Assembly: GCF_964204645.1 (NCBI RefSeq)
Contig: NC_134035.1
Coordinates: forward strand, 10,076,451-10,140,450
DNA: 64,000 nucleotides
Source of the DNA: Tubulanus polymorphus
Taxonomy: Eukaryota > Animalia > Nemertea
Direction of reading: 5' to 3'
The translations under genes were made by a program, and so were the position numbers. The notes beneath the pieces were generated by a model. It was not told where the DNA came from. It ran no database searches and saw only the letters and a list, made by a program, of their open reading frames with translations. The number at the start of each line of letters is the position of its first letter. Position 1 is the first letter of the stretch. This document shows positions 36,275 through 49,987 of the stretch, piece after piece.

Positions 36275-39200
36275 CTTTAGAAATCTTGATATCCTCTCTT
36301 CGTCGGGCACCCCTGTACATCCTCTATACAGCATCGGGACCACTCGGAATCAGTGTCAGCAATTACTGGGTTCGGACCAAGGACACCCCTGTACATCATC
36401 TATGCAGCATCAGGACCACTCTGAATCAGTATCAGTAATTACTGGGTTCAAACCCAGGACCCCCGGTACATCATCTATTCAGCATCAGTACCACTCTGAA
36501 TCAGTATCAGTAGTTACTGGGTTCGATCCCGGCACATCCGCTTAGTTTAATAATGATACAATGATCACCATCTATTGGATTTAGGAAGAACTGACTAGAT
36601 AGCTCTTATTTGTCTCACTGACTCTTCTTTAATGCGTTGAAATCCCAATCGGCATCTGGTGGATTTCTATGCTACTACAGTCTAATGATGGTTATATCCA
36701 CCAGATGGCGAGTGTGATTTTAACCGATTAAAGAAGAGTCAGTGAGACAAGTAAGAGCTTTCTAATCAGTTCAGCCAAATTCCAATAGATGGCGATCACT
36801 TTAGAAATCTTGATATCCTCTCTTTGTCAGGCGACCCTGTACATCATCTATTCAGCATCTGGACCAGTCGGAATCATTGTCAGTAATGACTGGGTGCGAA
36901 TCCAGGACCCCACAGTACATCATCTATTCAGCATCAGTACCACTCTGAATCAGTATCAGTAGTTACTGGGTTCAAACCCAGGACCCCCGGTACATCATCT
37001 ATTCAGCATCTGGACCACTCGGAATCATTGTCAGTAATGACTGGGTGCGAATCCAGGACCCCACAGTACATCATCTATTCAGCATCAGTACCACTCTGAA
37101 TCAGTATCAGTAATTACTGGGTCCGAACCCGGGACATCCCTGTACATCATCTATTCAGCATCGGGACCACACTGAATCAGTATCAGTAGTTACTGGGTTT
37201 CGAGACCGGGACACCCCTGCACATCCTTTATTCAACATCAGGACCACACTGAATCAGTATAAGAAAAATAGTGGGTTCGAACCCGGGACATCCTCTATTC
37301 AGCATCAGGACCACTCTGAATCAGTATCAGTAATTACTGGGTTCGAACCCGGGATACTTCTGTACATTATCTATTCAGCATCGGTACCACTCTGAATCAT
37401 TGTCAGTAATGGCTGGGTGCGAATCCAGGACCCCACAGTACATCATCTATTCAGCATCAGTACCACTCTGAATCAGTATCAGTAGTTACTGGGTTCAAAC
37501 CCAGGACCCCCGGTACATCATCTATTCAGCATCTGGACCACTCGGAATCATTGTCAGTAATGACTGGGTGCGAATCCAGGACCCCACAGTACATCATCTA
37601 TTCAGCATCAGTACCACTCTGAATCAGTATCAGTAATTACTGGGTCCGAACCCGGGACATCCCTGTACATCATCTATTCAGCATCGGGACCACACTGAAT
37701 CAGTATCAGTAATTACTTGGTTCGAACCCGGGATACTTCTGTACATCATCTATTCAGCATCTGGACCACTCTGAATCATTGTCAGTAATAACTGGGTTCG
37801 AACCCGGGATACTTCTGTACATCATCTATTCTGCATCTGGACCACTCTGAATCATTGTCAGTAATTACTGGGTTCAAACCCAGGACCCCCGGTACATCAT
37901 CTATTCAGCATCAGTACCACTCTGAATCAGTATCAGTAGTTACTGGGTTCGATCCCGGCACATCCGCTTAGTTTAATAATGATACAATGATCGCCATCTA
38001 TTGGATTTAGGCAGAACTGACTAGATAGCTCTTATTTGTCTCACTGACTCTTCTTTAATGCGTTGAAATCCCAATCGGCATCTGGTGGATTTCTATGCTA
38101 CTACAGTCTAATGATGGTTATATCCACCAGATGGCGAGTGTGATTTTAACCGATTAAAGAAGAGTCAGTGAGACAAGTAAGAGCTTTCTAATCAGTTCAG
38201 CCAAATTCCAATAGATGGCGATCACTTTAGAAATCTTGATATCCTCTCTTTGTCGGGCACCCCTGTACATCCTCTATACAGCATCGGGACCACTCGGAAT
38301 CAGTGTCAGCAATTACTGGGTTCGGACCAAGGACACCCCTGTACATCCTCTATGCAGCATCAAGACCACACTGAATCAGTATCAGTAATTACTGGGTTCG
38401 GACCAAGGACACCCCTGTACATCCTCTATTCAGCATCAGTACCATTCTGAATCAGTATCAGTAATTACTGGGTTTCGAGACCGGGACACCCCTGCACATC
38501 CTTTATTCAACATCAGGACCACACTGAATCAGTATAAGAAAAATAGTGGGTTCGAACCCGGGACATCCTCTATTCAGCATCAGGACCACTCTGAATCAGT
38601 ATCAGTAATTACTGGGTTCGAACCCGGGATACTTCTGTACATTATCTATTCAGCATCGGTACCACTCTGAATCATTGTCAGTAATGGCTGGGTGCGAATC
38701 CAGGACCCCACAGTATATCATCTATTCAGCATCAGTACCACTCTGAATCAGTATCAGTAATTACTGGGTTCAAACCCAAGACCCCGGTACATCATCTATT
38801 CAGCATCAGTACCACTCTGAATCAGTATCAGTAGTTACTGGGTTCGATCCCGGCACATCCGCTTAGTTTAATAATGATACAATGATCGCCATCTATTGGA
38901 TTTAGGCAGAACTGACTAGATAGCTCTTATTTGTCTCACTGACTCTTCTTTAATGCGTTGAAATCCCAATCGGCATCTGGTGGATTTCTATGCTACTACA
39001 GTCTAATGATGGTTATATCCACCAGATGGCGAGTGTGATTTTAACCGATTAAAGAAGAGTCAGTGAGACAAGTAAGAGCTTTCTAATCAGTTCAGCCAAA
39101 TTTCAATAGATGGCGATCACTTTAGAAATCTTGATATCCTCTCTTCGTCAGGCACCCCTGTACATCATCTATTCAGCATCTGGACCACTCTGAATCATTG

Positions 39201-42200
39201 TCAGTAATGACTGGGTGCGAATCCAGGACCCCACAGTACATCATCTATTCAGCATCAGTACCACTCTGAATCAGTATCAGTAATTACTGGGTTCAAACCC
39301 AGGACCCCCGGTACATCATCTATTCAGCATCAGTACCAGTCTGAATCAGTATCAGTAGTTACTGGGTTCGATCCCGGGACATCCGCTTAGTTTTATAATG
39401 ATACAATGATCGCCATCTATTGGATTTAGGCAGAACTGACTAGATAGCTCTTATTTGTCTCACTGACTCTTCTTTAATGCGTTGAAATCCCAATCGGCAT
39501 CTGGTGGATTTCTATGCTACTACAGTCTAATGATGGTTATATCCACCAGACGGCGAGTGTGATTTTAACCGATTAAAGAAGAGTCAGTGAGACAAGTAAG
39601 AGGTTTCTAATCAGTTCAGCCAAATTTCAATAGATGGCGATCACTTTAGAAATCTTGATATCCTCTCTTCGTCAGGCACCCCTGTACATCATCTATTCAG
39701 CATCTGGACCACTCTGAATCATTGTCAGTAATGACTGGGTGCGAATCCAGGACCCCACAGTACATCATCTATTCAGCATCAGTACCACTCTGAATCAGTA
39801 TCAGTAATTACTGGGTTCAAACCCAGGACCCCCGGTACATCATCTATTCAGCATCAGTACCACTCTGAATCAGTATCAGTAGTTACTGGGTTTCGAGACC
39901 GGGACACCCCTGCACATCCTTTATTCAACATCAGGACCACACTGAATCAGTATAAGAAAAATAGTGGGTTCGAACCCGGGACATCCTCTATTCAGCATCA
40001 GGACCACTCTGAATCAGTATCAGTAATTACTGGGTTCGAACCCGGGATACTTCTGTACATTATCTATTCAGCATCGGTACCACTCTGAATCATTGTCAGT
40101 AATGGCTGGGTGCGAATCCAGGACCCCACAGTATATCATCTATTCAGCATCAGTACCACTCTGAATCAGTATCAGTAATTACTGGGTTCAAACCCAAGAC
40201 CCAGGTACATCATCTATTCAGCATCAGTACCACTCTGAATCAGTATCAGTAGTTACTGGGTTCGATCCCGGCACATCCGCTTAGTTTAATAATGATACAA
40301 TGATCGCCATCTATTGGATTTAGGCAGAACTGACTAGATAGCTCTTATTTGTCTCACTGACTCTTCTTTAATGCGTTGAAATCCCAATCGGCATCTGGTG
40401 GATTTCTATGCTACTACAGTCTAATGATGGTTATATCCACCAGACGGCGAGTGTGATTTTAACCGATTAAAGAAGAGTCAGTGAGACAAGTAAGAGCTTT
40501 CTAATCAGTTCAGCCAAATTTCAATAGATGGCGATCACTTTAGAAATCTTGATATCCTCTCTTCGTCAGGCACCCCTGTACATCATCTATTCAGCATCTG
40601 GACCACTCTGAATCATTGTCAGTAATGACTGGGTGCGAATCCAGGACCCCACAGTACATCATCTATTCAGCATCAGTACCACTCTGAATCATTGTCAGTA
40701 ATTACTGGGTTCAAACCCAGGACCCCGGTACATCATCTATTCAGCATCAGTACCACTCTGAATCAGTATCAGTAGTTACTGGGTTCGATCCCGGCACATC
40801 CGCTTAGTTTAATAATGATACAATGATCGCCATCTATTGGATTTAGGCAGAACTGACTAGATAGCTCTTATTTGTCTCACTGACTCTTCTTTAATGCGTT
40901 GAAATCCCAATCGGCATCTGGTGGATTTCTATGCTACTACAGTCTAATGATGGTTATATCCACCAGATGGCGAGTGTGATTTTAACCGATTAAAGAAGAG
41001 TCAGTGAGACAAGTAAGAGCTTTCTAATCAGTTCAGCCAAATTTCAATAGATGGCGATCACTTTAGAAATCTTGATATCCTCTCTTCGTCAGGCACCCCT
41101 GTACATCATCTATTCAGCATCTGGACCACTCTGAATCATTGTCAGTAATGACTGGGTGCGAATCCAGGACCCCACAGTACATCATCTATTCAGCATCAGT
41201 ACCACTCTGAATCAGTATCAGTAATTACTGGGTTCAAACCCAGGACCCCCGGTACATCATCTATTCAGCATCAGTACCAGTCTGAATCAGTATCAGTAGT
41301 TACTGGGTTCGATCCCGGGACATCCGCTTAGTTTTATAATGATACAATGATCGCCATCTATTGGATTTAGGCAGAACTGACTAGATAGCTCTTATTTGTC
41401 TCACTGACTCTTCTTTAATGCGTTGAAATCCCAATCGGCATCTGGTGGATTTCTATGCTACTACAGTCTAATGATGGTTATATCCACCAGACGGCGAGTG
41501 TGATTTTAACCGATTAAAGAAGAGTCAGTGAGACAAGTAAGAGGTTTCTAATCAGTTCAGCCAAATTTCAATAGATGGCGATCACTTTAGAAATCTTGAT
41601 ATCCTCTCTTCGTCAGGCACCCCTGTACATCATCTATTCAGCATCTGGACCACTCTGAATCATTGTCAGTAATGACTGGGTGCGAATCCAGGACCCCACA
41701 GTACATCATCTATTCAGCATCAGTACCACTCTGAATCAGTATCAGTAATTACTGGGTTCAAACCCAGGACCCCCGGTACATCATCTATTCAGCATCAGTA
41801 CCACTCTGAATCAGTATCAGTAGTTACTGGGTTTCGAGACCGGGACACCCCTGCACATCCTTTATTCAACATCAGGACCACACTGAATCAGTATAAGAAA
41901 AATAGTGGGTTCGAACCCGGGACATCCTCTATTCAGCATCAGGACCACTCTGAATCAGTATCAGTAATTACTGGGTTCGAACCCGGGATACTTCTGTACA
42001 TTATCTATTCAGCATCGGTACCACTCTGAATCATTGTCAGTAATGGCTGGGTGCGAATCCAGGACCCCACAGTATATCATCTATTCAGCATCAGTACCAC
42101 TCTGAATCAGTATCAGTAATTACTGGGTTCAAACCCAAGACCCCGGTACATCATCTATTCAGCATCAGTACCACTCTGAATCAGTATCAGTAGTTACTGG

Positions 42201-45200
42201 GTTCGATCCCGGCACATCCGCTTAGTTTAATAATGATACAATGATCGCCATCTATTGGATTTAGGCAGAACTGACTAGATAGCTCTTATTTGTCTCACTG
42301 ACTCTTCTTTAATGCGTTGAAATCCCAATCGGCATCTGGTGGATTTCTATGCTACTACAGTCTAATGATGGTTATATCCACCAGATGGCGAGTGTGATTT
42401 TAACCGATTAAAGAAGAGTCAGTGAGACAAGTAAGAGCTTTCTAATCAGTTCAGCCAAATTTCAATAGATGGCGATCACTTTAGAAATCTTGATATCCTC
42501 TCTTCGTCAGGCACCCCTGTACATCATCTATTCAGCATCTGGACCACTCTGAATCATTGTCAGTAATGACTGGGTGCGAATCCAGGACCCCACAGTACAT
42601 CATCTATTCAGCATCAGTACCACTCTGAATCAGTATCAGTAATTACTGGGTTCAAACCCAGGACCCCCGGTACATCATCTATTCAGCATCAGTACCACTC
42701 TGAATCAGTATCAGTAGTTACTGGGTTTCGAGACCGGGACACCCCTGCACATCCTTTATTCAACATCAGGACCACACTGAATCAGTATAAGAAAAATAGT
42801 GGGTTCGAACCCGGGACATCCTCTATTCAGCATCAGGACCACTCTGAATCAGTATCAGTAATTACTGGGTTCGAACCCGGGATACTTCTGTACATTATCT
42901 ATTCAGCATCGGTACCACTCTGAATCATTGTCAGTAATGGCTGGGTGCGAATCCAGGACCCCACAGTACATCATCTATTCAGCATCAGTACCACTCTGAA
43001 TCAGTATCAGTAATTACTGGGTTCAAACCCAGGACCCCGGTACATCATCTATTCAGCATCAGTACCACTCTGAATCAGTATCAGTAGTTACTGGGTTCGA
43101 TCCCGGCACATCCGCTTAGTTTAATAATGATACAATGATCGCCATCTATTGGATTTAGGCAGAACTGACTAGATAGCTCTTATTTGTCTCACTGACTCTT
43201 CTTTAATGCGTTGAAATCCCAATCGGCATCTGGTGGATTTCTATGCTACTACAGTCTAATGATGGTTATATCCACCAGATGGCGAGTGTGATTTTAACCG
43301 ATTAAAGAAGAGTCAGTGAGACAAGTAAGAGCTTTCTAATCAGTTCAGCCAAATTTCAATAGATGGCGATCACTTTAGAAATCTTGATATCCTCTCTTCG
43401 TCAGGCACCCCTGTACATCATCTATTCAGCATCTGGACCACTCTGAATCATTGTCAGTAATGACTGGGTGCGAATCCAGGACCCCACAGTACATCATCTA
43501 TTCAGCATCAGTACCACTCTGAATCAGTATCAGTAATTACTGGGTTCAAACCCAGGACCCCCGGTACATCATCTATTCAGCATCAGTACCACTCCGAATC
43601 AGTATCAGTAGTTACTGGGTTCGATCCCGGGACATCCGCTTAGTTTTATAATGATACAATGATCGCCATCTATTGGATTTAGGCAGAACTGACTAGATAG
43701 CTCTTATTTGTCTCACTGACTCTTCTTTAATGCGTTGAAATCCCAATCGGCATCTGGTGGATTTCTATGCTACTACAGTCTAATGATGGTTATATCCACC
43801 AGATGGCGAGTGTGATTTTAACCGATTAAAGAAGAGTCAGTGAGACAAGTAAGAGCTTTCTAATCAGTTCAGCCAAATTCCAATAGATGGCGATCACGTT
43901 AGAAATCTTGATATCCTCTCTTTGTCGGGCACCCCTGTTCATCCTCTATACAGCATCGGGACCACTCGGAATCAGTGTCAGCAATTACTGGGTTCGGACC
44001 AAGGACACCCCTGTACATCCTCTATGCAGCATCAAGACCACACTGAATCAGTATCAGTAATTACTGGGTTCGGACCAAGGACACCCCTGTACATCCTCTA
44101 TTCAGCATCAGTACCATTCTGAATCAGTATCAGTAATTACTGGGTTTCGAGACCGGGACACCCCTGCACATCCTTTATTCAACATCAGGACCACACTGAA
44201 TCAGTATAAGAAAAATAGTGGGTTCGAACCCGGGACATCCTCTATTCAGCATCAGGACCACTCTGAATCAGTATCAGTAATTACTGGGTTCGAACCCGGG
44301 ATACTTCTGTACATTATCTATTCAGCATCGGTACCACTCTGAATCATTGTCAGTAATGGCTGGGTGCGAATCCAGGACCCCACAGTACATCATCTATTCA
44401 GCATCAGTACCACTCTGAATCAGTATCAGTAATTACTGGGTTCAAACCCAGGACCCCGGTACATCATCTATTCAGCATCAGTACCACTCTGAATCAGTAT
44501 CAGTAGTTACTGGGTTCGATCCCGGCACATCCGCTTAGTTTAATAATGATACAATGATCGCCATCTATTGGATTTAGGCAGAACTGACTAGATAGCTCTT
44601 ATTTGTCTCACTGACTCTTCTTTAATGCGTTGAAATCCCAATCGGCATCTGGTGGATTTCTATGCTACTACAGTCTAATGATGGTTATATCCACCAGACG
44701 GCGAGTGTGATTTTAACCGATTAAAGAAGAGTCAGTGAGACAAGTAAGAGCTTTCTAATCAGTTCAGCCAAATTTCAATAGATGGCGATCACTTTAGAAA
44801 TCTTGATATCCTCTCTTCGTCAGGCACCCCTGTACATCATCTATTCAGCATCTGGACCACTCTGAATCATTGTCAGTAATGACTGGGTGCGAATCCAGGA
44901 CCCCACAGTACATCCTCTATTCAGCATCAGGACCATTCTGAATCAGTATCGGTAATTGCTGGGTTCGAGGCCGGGACCCCCTGCACATCCTTTATTCAGC
45001 ATCAGGACCACACTGAATCAGTATAAAAAATAGTGGGTTCGAACCCGGGACAGCTCTGTACATCCTCTATTCAGCATCAGGACCTCTCTGAAACAGTATC
45101 AGTAATTACTGGGTTCGAACCTCTGCACATCCTTTGTTAAGCATCAGGACCACATTGAATCAGTATCAAAAAATAGTGGGTTCGAACCCGGGACAGCTCT

Positions 45201-45313
45201 GTACATCCTCTATTCAGCATCAGGACCACTCTGAATCAGTATCAGTAATTACTGGGTTCGAACCCGGGACACCCTTGTACATCCTCTATTCAGCATCAGG
45301 ACCACTCTGATTC

Positions 45314-45839
45314 TGTGGTTACCGACGACCAAACAACACTTAATCGACAACATTCATATCCATTATCATAAATACGTTTTATTGATCTCGTTGAAACGAT
45401 TTACTACAAGTGAAACAAACAAAAAATACAATAAATCTCAGTTCTAAACATTTCTAAAAGATCATCAAAATACGAAAAACAGTACAGATTAACACTCACC
45501 GAGTTAATGGATATCATATAATTTTAGTATAGATAACTTAAGATCAGGAGATCTGAACAGGACAGCACTCACATGACAAGTATCTGTGAAAAATACCCAA
45601 AACCTTAATATTGGAAGTTCTGTATTCGTATATAAGCTGCTTTACAGCGATTGATTAGACATAGAACAGTGAGCAGGACACGTACAATCTACTATTATGA
45701 AAATCCAAAAGCGTGTATACACACTGAATAGGGAACCAAACGAAAAGATAAACTCTAACCTAACAAATTAGAACACGGGAAAACTCTGGTTAACAAGTAC
45801 AATAAAGATATACATCGATAGTGAGAATTGTGCATAACA
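45314..45839 (-). mobile_element. Solo LTR (~526 bp) inserted in a satellite monomer
   Basis: TGT...ACA termini with 5-bp target-duplication-like flanks GATTC/TATTC that interrupt the monomer at CTGAATC. The minus strand has TATATA (~45630) followed by AATAAA (~45380). Confidence 0.75.
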
Positions 45840-48748
45840 TATTCAATGTCAGTAATTACTGGGTTCGAACCCGGGACACCCCTGTACATCGTCTATTCAG
45901 CATCAGGACCACACTGAATCAGTATACAAAAATAGTGGGTTCGAACCCGGGACACCCCTGTACATCCTATCTTCAGCTTCAGGACCATTCTGAATCAGTA
46001 TCAGTAATTACTGGGTTCGAGGCCGGGACACCCCTCGGAATCAGTATCAGGGGAATCAGTATCAGTAATTACTGGGATCGAACCCGGGACACCCCTGTAC
46101 ATCCTCTATACAGCATCAGGACCACACTGAATCAGTATCAGTAATTACTGGGTTCGAACCCGGAACACCCCTGTACATCATCTATTCAGCATCAGGACCA
46201 CACTGAATCAGTCTCAGTAATCATGGGTTCGAACCCGGGATACTTCTGTACATTATCTATTCAGTATCGGTATCACTCTGAATCATTGTCAGTAATGACT
46301 GGGTGCGAATCCAGGACCCCACAGTACATCATCTATTCAGCATCAGTACCACTCTGAATCAGTATCAGTAATTACTGGGTTCAAACCCAGGACCCCCGGT
46401 ACATCATCTATTCAGCATCAGTACCACTCTGAATCAGTATCAGTAGTTACTGGGTTCGATCCCGGGACATCCGCTTAGTTTTATAATGATACAATGATCG
46501 CCATCTATTGGATTTAGGCAGAACTGACTAGATAGCTCTTATTTGTCTCACTGACTCTTCTTTAATGCGTTGAAATCCCAATCGGCATCTGGTGGATTTC
46601 TATGCTACTACAGTCTAATGATGGTTATATCCACCAGATGGCGAGTGTGATTTTAACCGATTAAAGAAGAGTCAGTGAGACAAGTAAGAGCTTTCTAATC
46701 AGTTCAGCCAAATTTCAATAGATGGCGATCACTTTAGAAATCTTGATATCCTCTCTTCGTCAGGCACCCCTGTACATCATCTATTCAGCATCTGGACCAC
46801 TCTGAATCATTGTCAGTAATGACTGGGTGCGAATCCAGGACCCCACAGTACATCATCTATTCAGCATCAGTACCACTCTGAATCAGTATCAGTAATTACT
46901 GGGTTCAAACCCAGGACCCCCGGTACATCATCTATTCAGCATCAGTACCACTCTGAATCAGTATCAGTAGTTACTGGGTTCGATCCCGGGACATCCGCTT
47001 AGTTTTATAATGATACAATGATCGCCATCTATTGGATTTAGGCAGAACTGACTAGATAGCTCTTATTTGTCTCACTGACTCTTCTTTAATGCGTTGAAAT
47101 CCCAATCGGCATCTGGTGGATTTCTATGCTACTACAGTCTAATGATGGTTATATCCACCAGATGGCGAGTGTGATTTTAACCGATTAAAGAAGAGTCAGT
47201 GAGACAAGTAAGAGCTTTCTAATCAGTTCAGCCAAATTCCAATAGATGGCGATCACGTTAGAAATCTTGATATCCTCTCTTTGTCGGGCACCCCTGTACA
47301 TCCTCTATACAGCATCGGGACCACTCGGAATCAGTGTCAGCAATTACTGGGTTCGGACCAAGGACACCCCTGTACATCCTCTATGCAGCATCAAGACCAC
47401 ACTGAATCAGTATCAGTAATTACTGGGTTCGGACCAAGGACAACCCTGTACATCCTCTATTCAGCATCAGTACCATTCTGAATCAGTATCAGTAATTACT
47501 GGGTTTCGAGACCGGGACACCCCTGCACATCCTTTATTCAACATCAGGACCACACTGAATCAGTATAAGAAAAATAGTGGGTTCGAACCCGGGACATCCT
47601 CTATTCAGCATCAGGACCACTCTGAATCAGTATCAGTAATTACTGGGTTCGAACCCGGGATACTTCTGTATATTTTCTATTCAGCATCGGTACCACTCTG
47701 AATCATTGTCAGTAATGGCTGGGTGCGAATCCAGGACCCCACAGTACATCATCTATTCAGCATCAGTTCCACTCTGAATCAGTATCAGTAATTACTGGGT
47801 TCAAACCCAGGACCCCTGTACATCATCTTATCAGCATCAGTACCACTCTGAATCAGTATCAGTAGTTACTGGGTTCGATCCCGGGACATCCGCTTAGTTT
47901 AATAATGATACAATGATCGCCATCTATTGGATTTAGGCAGAACTGACTAGATAGCTCTTATTTGTCTCACTGACTCTTCTTTAATGCGTTGAAATCCCAA
48001 TCGGCATCTGGTGGATTTCTATGCTACTACAGTCTAATGACGGTTATATCCACCAGATGGCGAGTGTGATTTTAACCGATTAAAGAAGAGTCAGTGAGAC
48101 AAGTAAGAGCTTTCTAATCAGTTCAGCCAAATTCCAATAGATGGCGATCACGTTAGAAATCTTGATATCCTCTCCTTGTCAGGCACCCCTGTTCATCCTC
48201 TATTCAGCACCAGGACCATACTGAATCAGTATACAAACATAGTGGGTGCGAATCCAGGACCCCACAGTACATCCTCTATTCAGCATCAGGACCATTCTGA
48301 ATCAGTATCGGTAATTGCTGGGTTCGAGGCCGGGACCCCCTGCACATCCTTTATTCAGCATCAGGACCACACTGAATCAGTATAAAAAATAGTGGGTTCG
48401 AACCCGGGACAGCTCTGTACATCCTCTATTCAGCATCAGGACCTCTCTGAAACAGTATCAGTAATTACTGGGCTCGAACCCTTGCACATCCTTTGTTAAG
48501 CATCAGGACCACACTGAATCAGTATCAAAAAATAGTGGGTTCGAACCCGGGACACCCCTGTACATCCTCTATACAGCATCAAGACCATTCTGAATCAATA
48601 TCAAAAAATAGTGGGTTCGAACCCGAGACAGCTCTGTACATCCTCTATTCAGCATCAGGACCACTCTGAATCAGTATCAGTAATTACTGGGTTCGAACCC
48701 GGGACACCCTTGTACATCCTCTATTCAACATCAGGACCACTCTGATTC

Positions 48749-49274
48749 TGTGGTTACCGACGACCAAACAACACTTAATCGACAACATTCATATCCATTA
48801 TCATAAATACGTTTTATTGATCTCGTTGAAACGATTTACTACAAGTGAAACAAACAAAAAATACAATAAATCTCAGTTCTAAACATTTCTAAAAGATCAT
48901 CAAAATACGAAAAACAGTACAGATTAACACTCACCGAGTTAATGGATATCATATAATTTTAGTATAGATAACTTAAGATCAGGAGATCTGAACAGGACAG
49001 CACTCACATGACAAGTATCTGTGAAAAATACCCAAAACCTTAATATTGGAAGTTCTGTATTCGTATATAAGCTGCTTTACAGCGATTGATTAGACATAGA
49101 ACAGTGAGCAGGACACGTACAATCTACTATTATGAAAATCCAAAAGCGTGTATACACACTGAATAGGGAACCAAACGAAAAGATAAACTCTAACCTAACA
49201 AATTAGAACACGGGAAAACTCTGGTTAACAAGTACAATTAAGATATACATCGATAGTGAGAATTGTGCATAACA
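48749..49274 (-). mobile_element. Second copy of the same solo LTR
   Basis: Nearly identical to 45314-45839 and with identical flanks, so it was duplicated together with the array. Confidence 0.75.
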
Positions 49275-49987
49275 TATTCAATGTCAGTAATTACTGGGTT
49301 CGAACCCGGGACACCCCTGTACATCGTCTATTCAGCATCAGGAATCAGTATCAGTAGTTACTGGGTTCGATCCCGGGGCATCCGCTTAGTTCAATAATGA
49401 TACAATGATCGCCATCTATTGGATTTAGGCAGAACCGACCAGATAGCTCTCATTTGTCTCACTGACACTTCTTTAACGCGTTGAAATCCCAATCGCCATC
49501 TGGTTGATTTCTTTGCTACTACAGTCTAATTATGGCTATACTCAGCAGATGGCGAGTGTGATTTTAAGGGGTTAAAGAAGAGTCAGTGAGACAAGTAAGA
49601 TTTATCTAATCAGTTCAGCCAAATTCCAATAGATGGCGATCACGTGAGAAATCTTGATATCCCTCCTCGTCAGGCATCATCTATTTCATCTATTTAGATC
49701 CCCCTATGCCATGCGATGTAAGGTACGAGATGGGATAATTCCCGAGATTGTATAAACTAGTTGCGATACAGTGAGTCAACGACGCCTGTCAGTAAAGGGG
49801 TTCTAAAGTTTAGTGCGAGACATATATACGGAAATTCAATTCTCGATGTATATATTGTAAAAAGATTGAAAGCTTCATCATTATCAAATGATTTGCTGTA
49901 ATACAATCATAATCCGCTGGATTTATAGTTTCACAATAAATATGTAATTTTCTGACGATCCGTGCAAATACAGGTAGAAATCATAAG

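Larger units (their letters stand above)
35621..49686. repeat. 14-kb composite satellite: roughly 100-110 76-bp monomers interleaved with 16 foldback cassettes
   Basis: Monomer GGGTTCGAACCCGGGACACCCCTGTACATCCTCTATTCAGCATCAGGACCACTCTGAATCAGTATCAGTAATTACT. Cassettes of ~290 bp start at ~36014, 36538, 37964, 38859, 39383, 40277, 40800, 41324, 42218, 43112, 43636, 44531, 46471, 46995, 47890 and 49382, mostly at ~524 or ~895 bp spacing. Confidence 0.98.

Noticed and set aside
39118-39155. Minus-strand CCTGACGA plus stem at the cassette end as a satellite hammerhead ribozyme
   Set aside because: The required GAAA box is absent (it reads AAAG, AACG or CACG), and several copies also lose CTGACGA.
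45314-49274. Two LTRs 2.9 kb apart read as one LTR retrotransposon or TRIM
   Set aside because: Both copies have the same left and right flanks and the interior is only satellite, with no gag/pol. This is a duplicated solo LTR.
35621-49686. Monomers as functional tRNA genes; short ORFs (38250, 43922, 45821, 47281, 48176, also 14037) as proteins
   Set aside because: There is no acceptor stem or proper 7-nt anticodon loop. The ORFs are chance read-throughs of a 76-bp unit that is not a multiple of 3.
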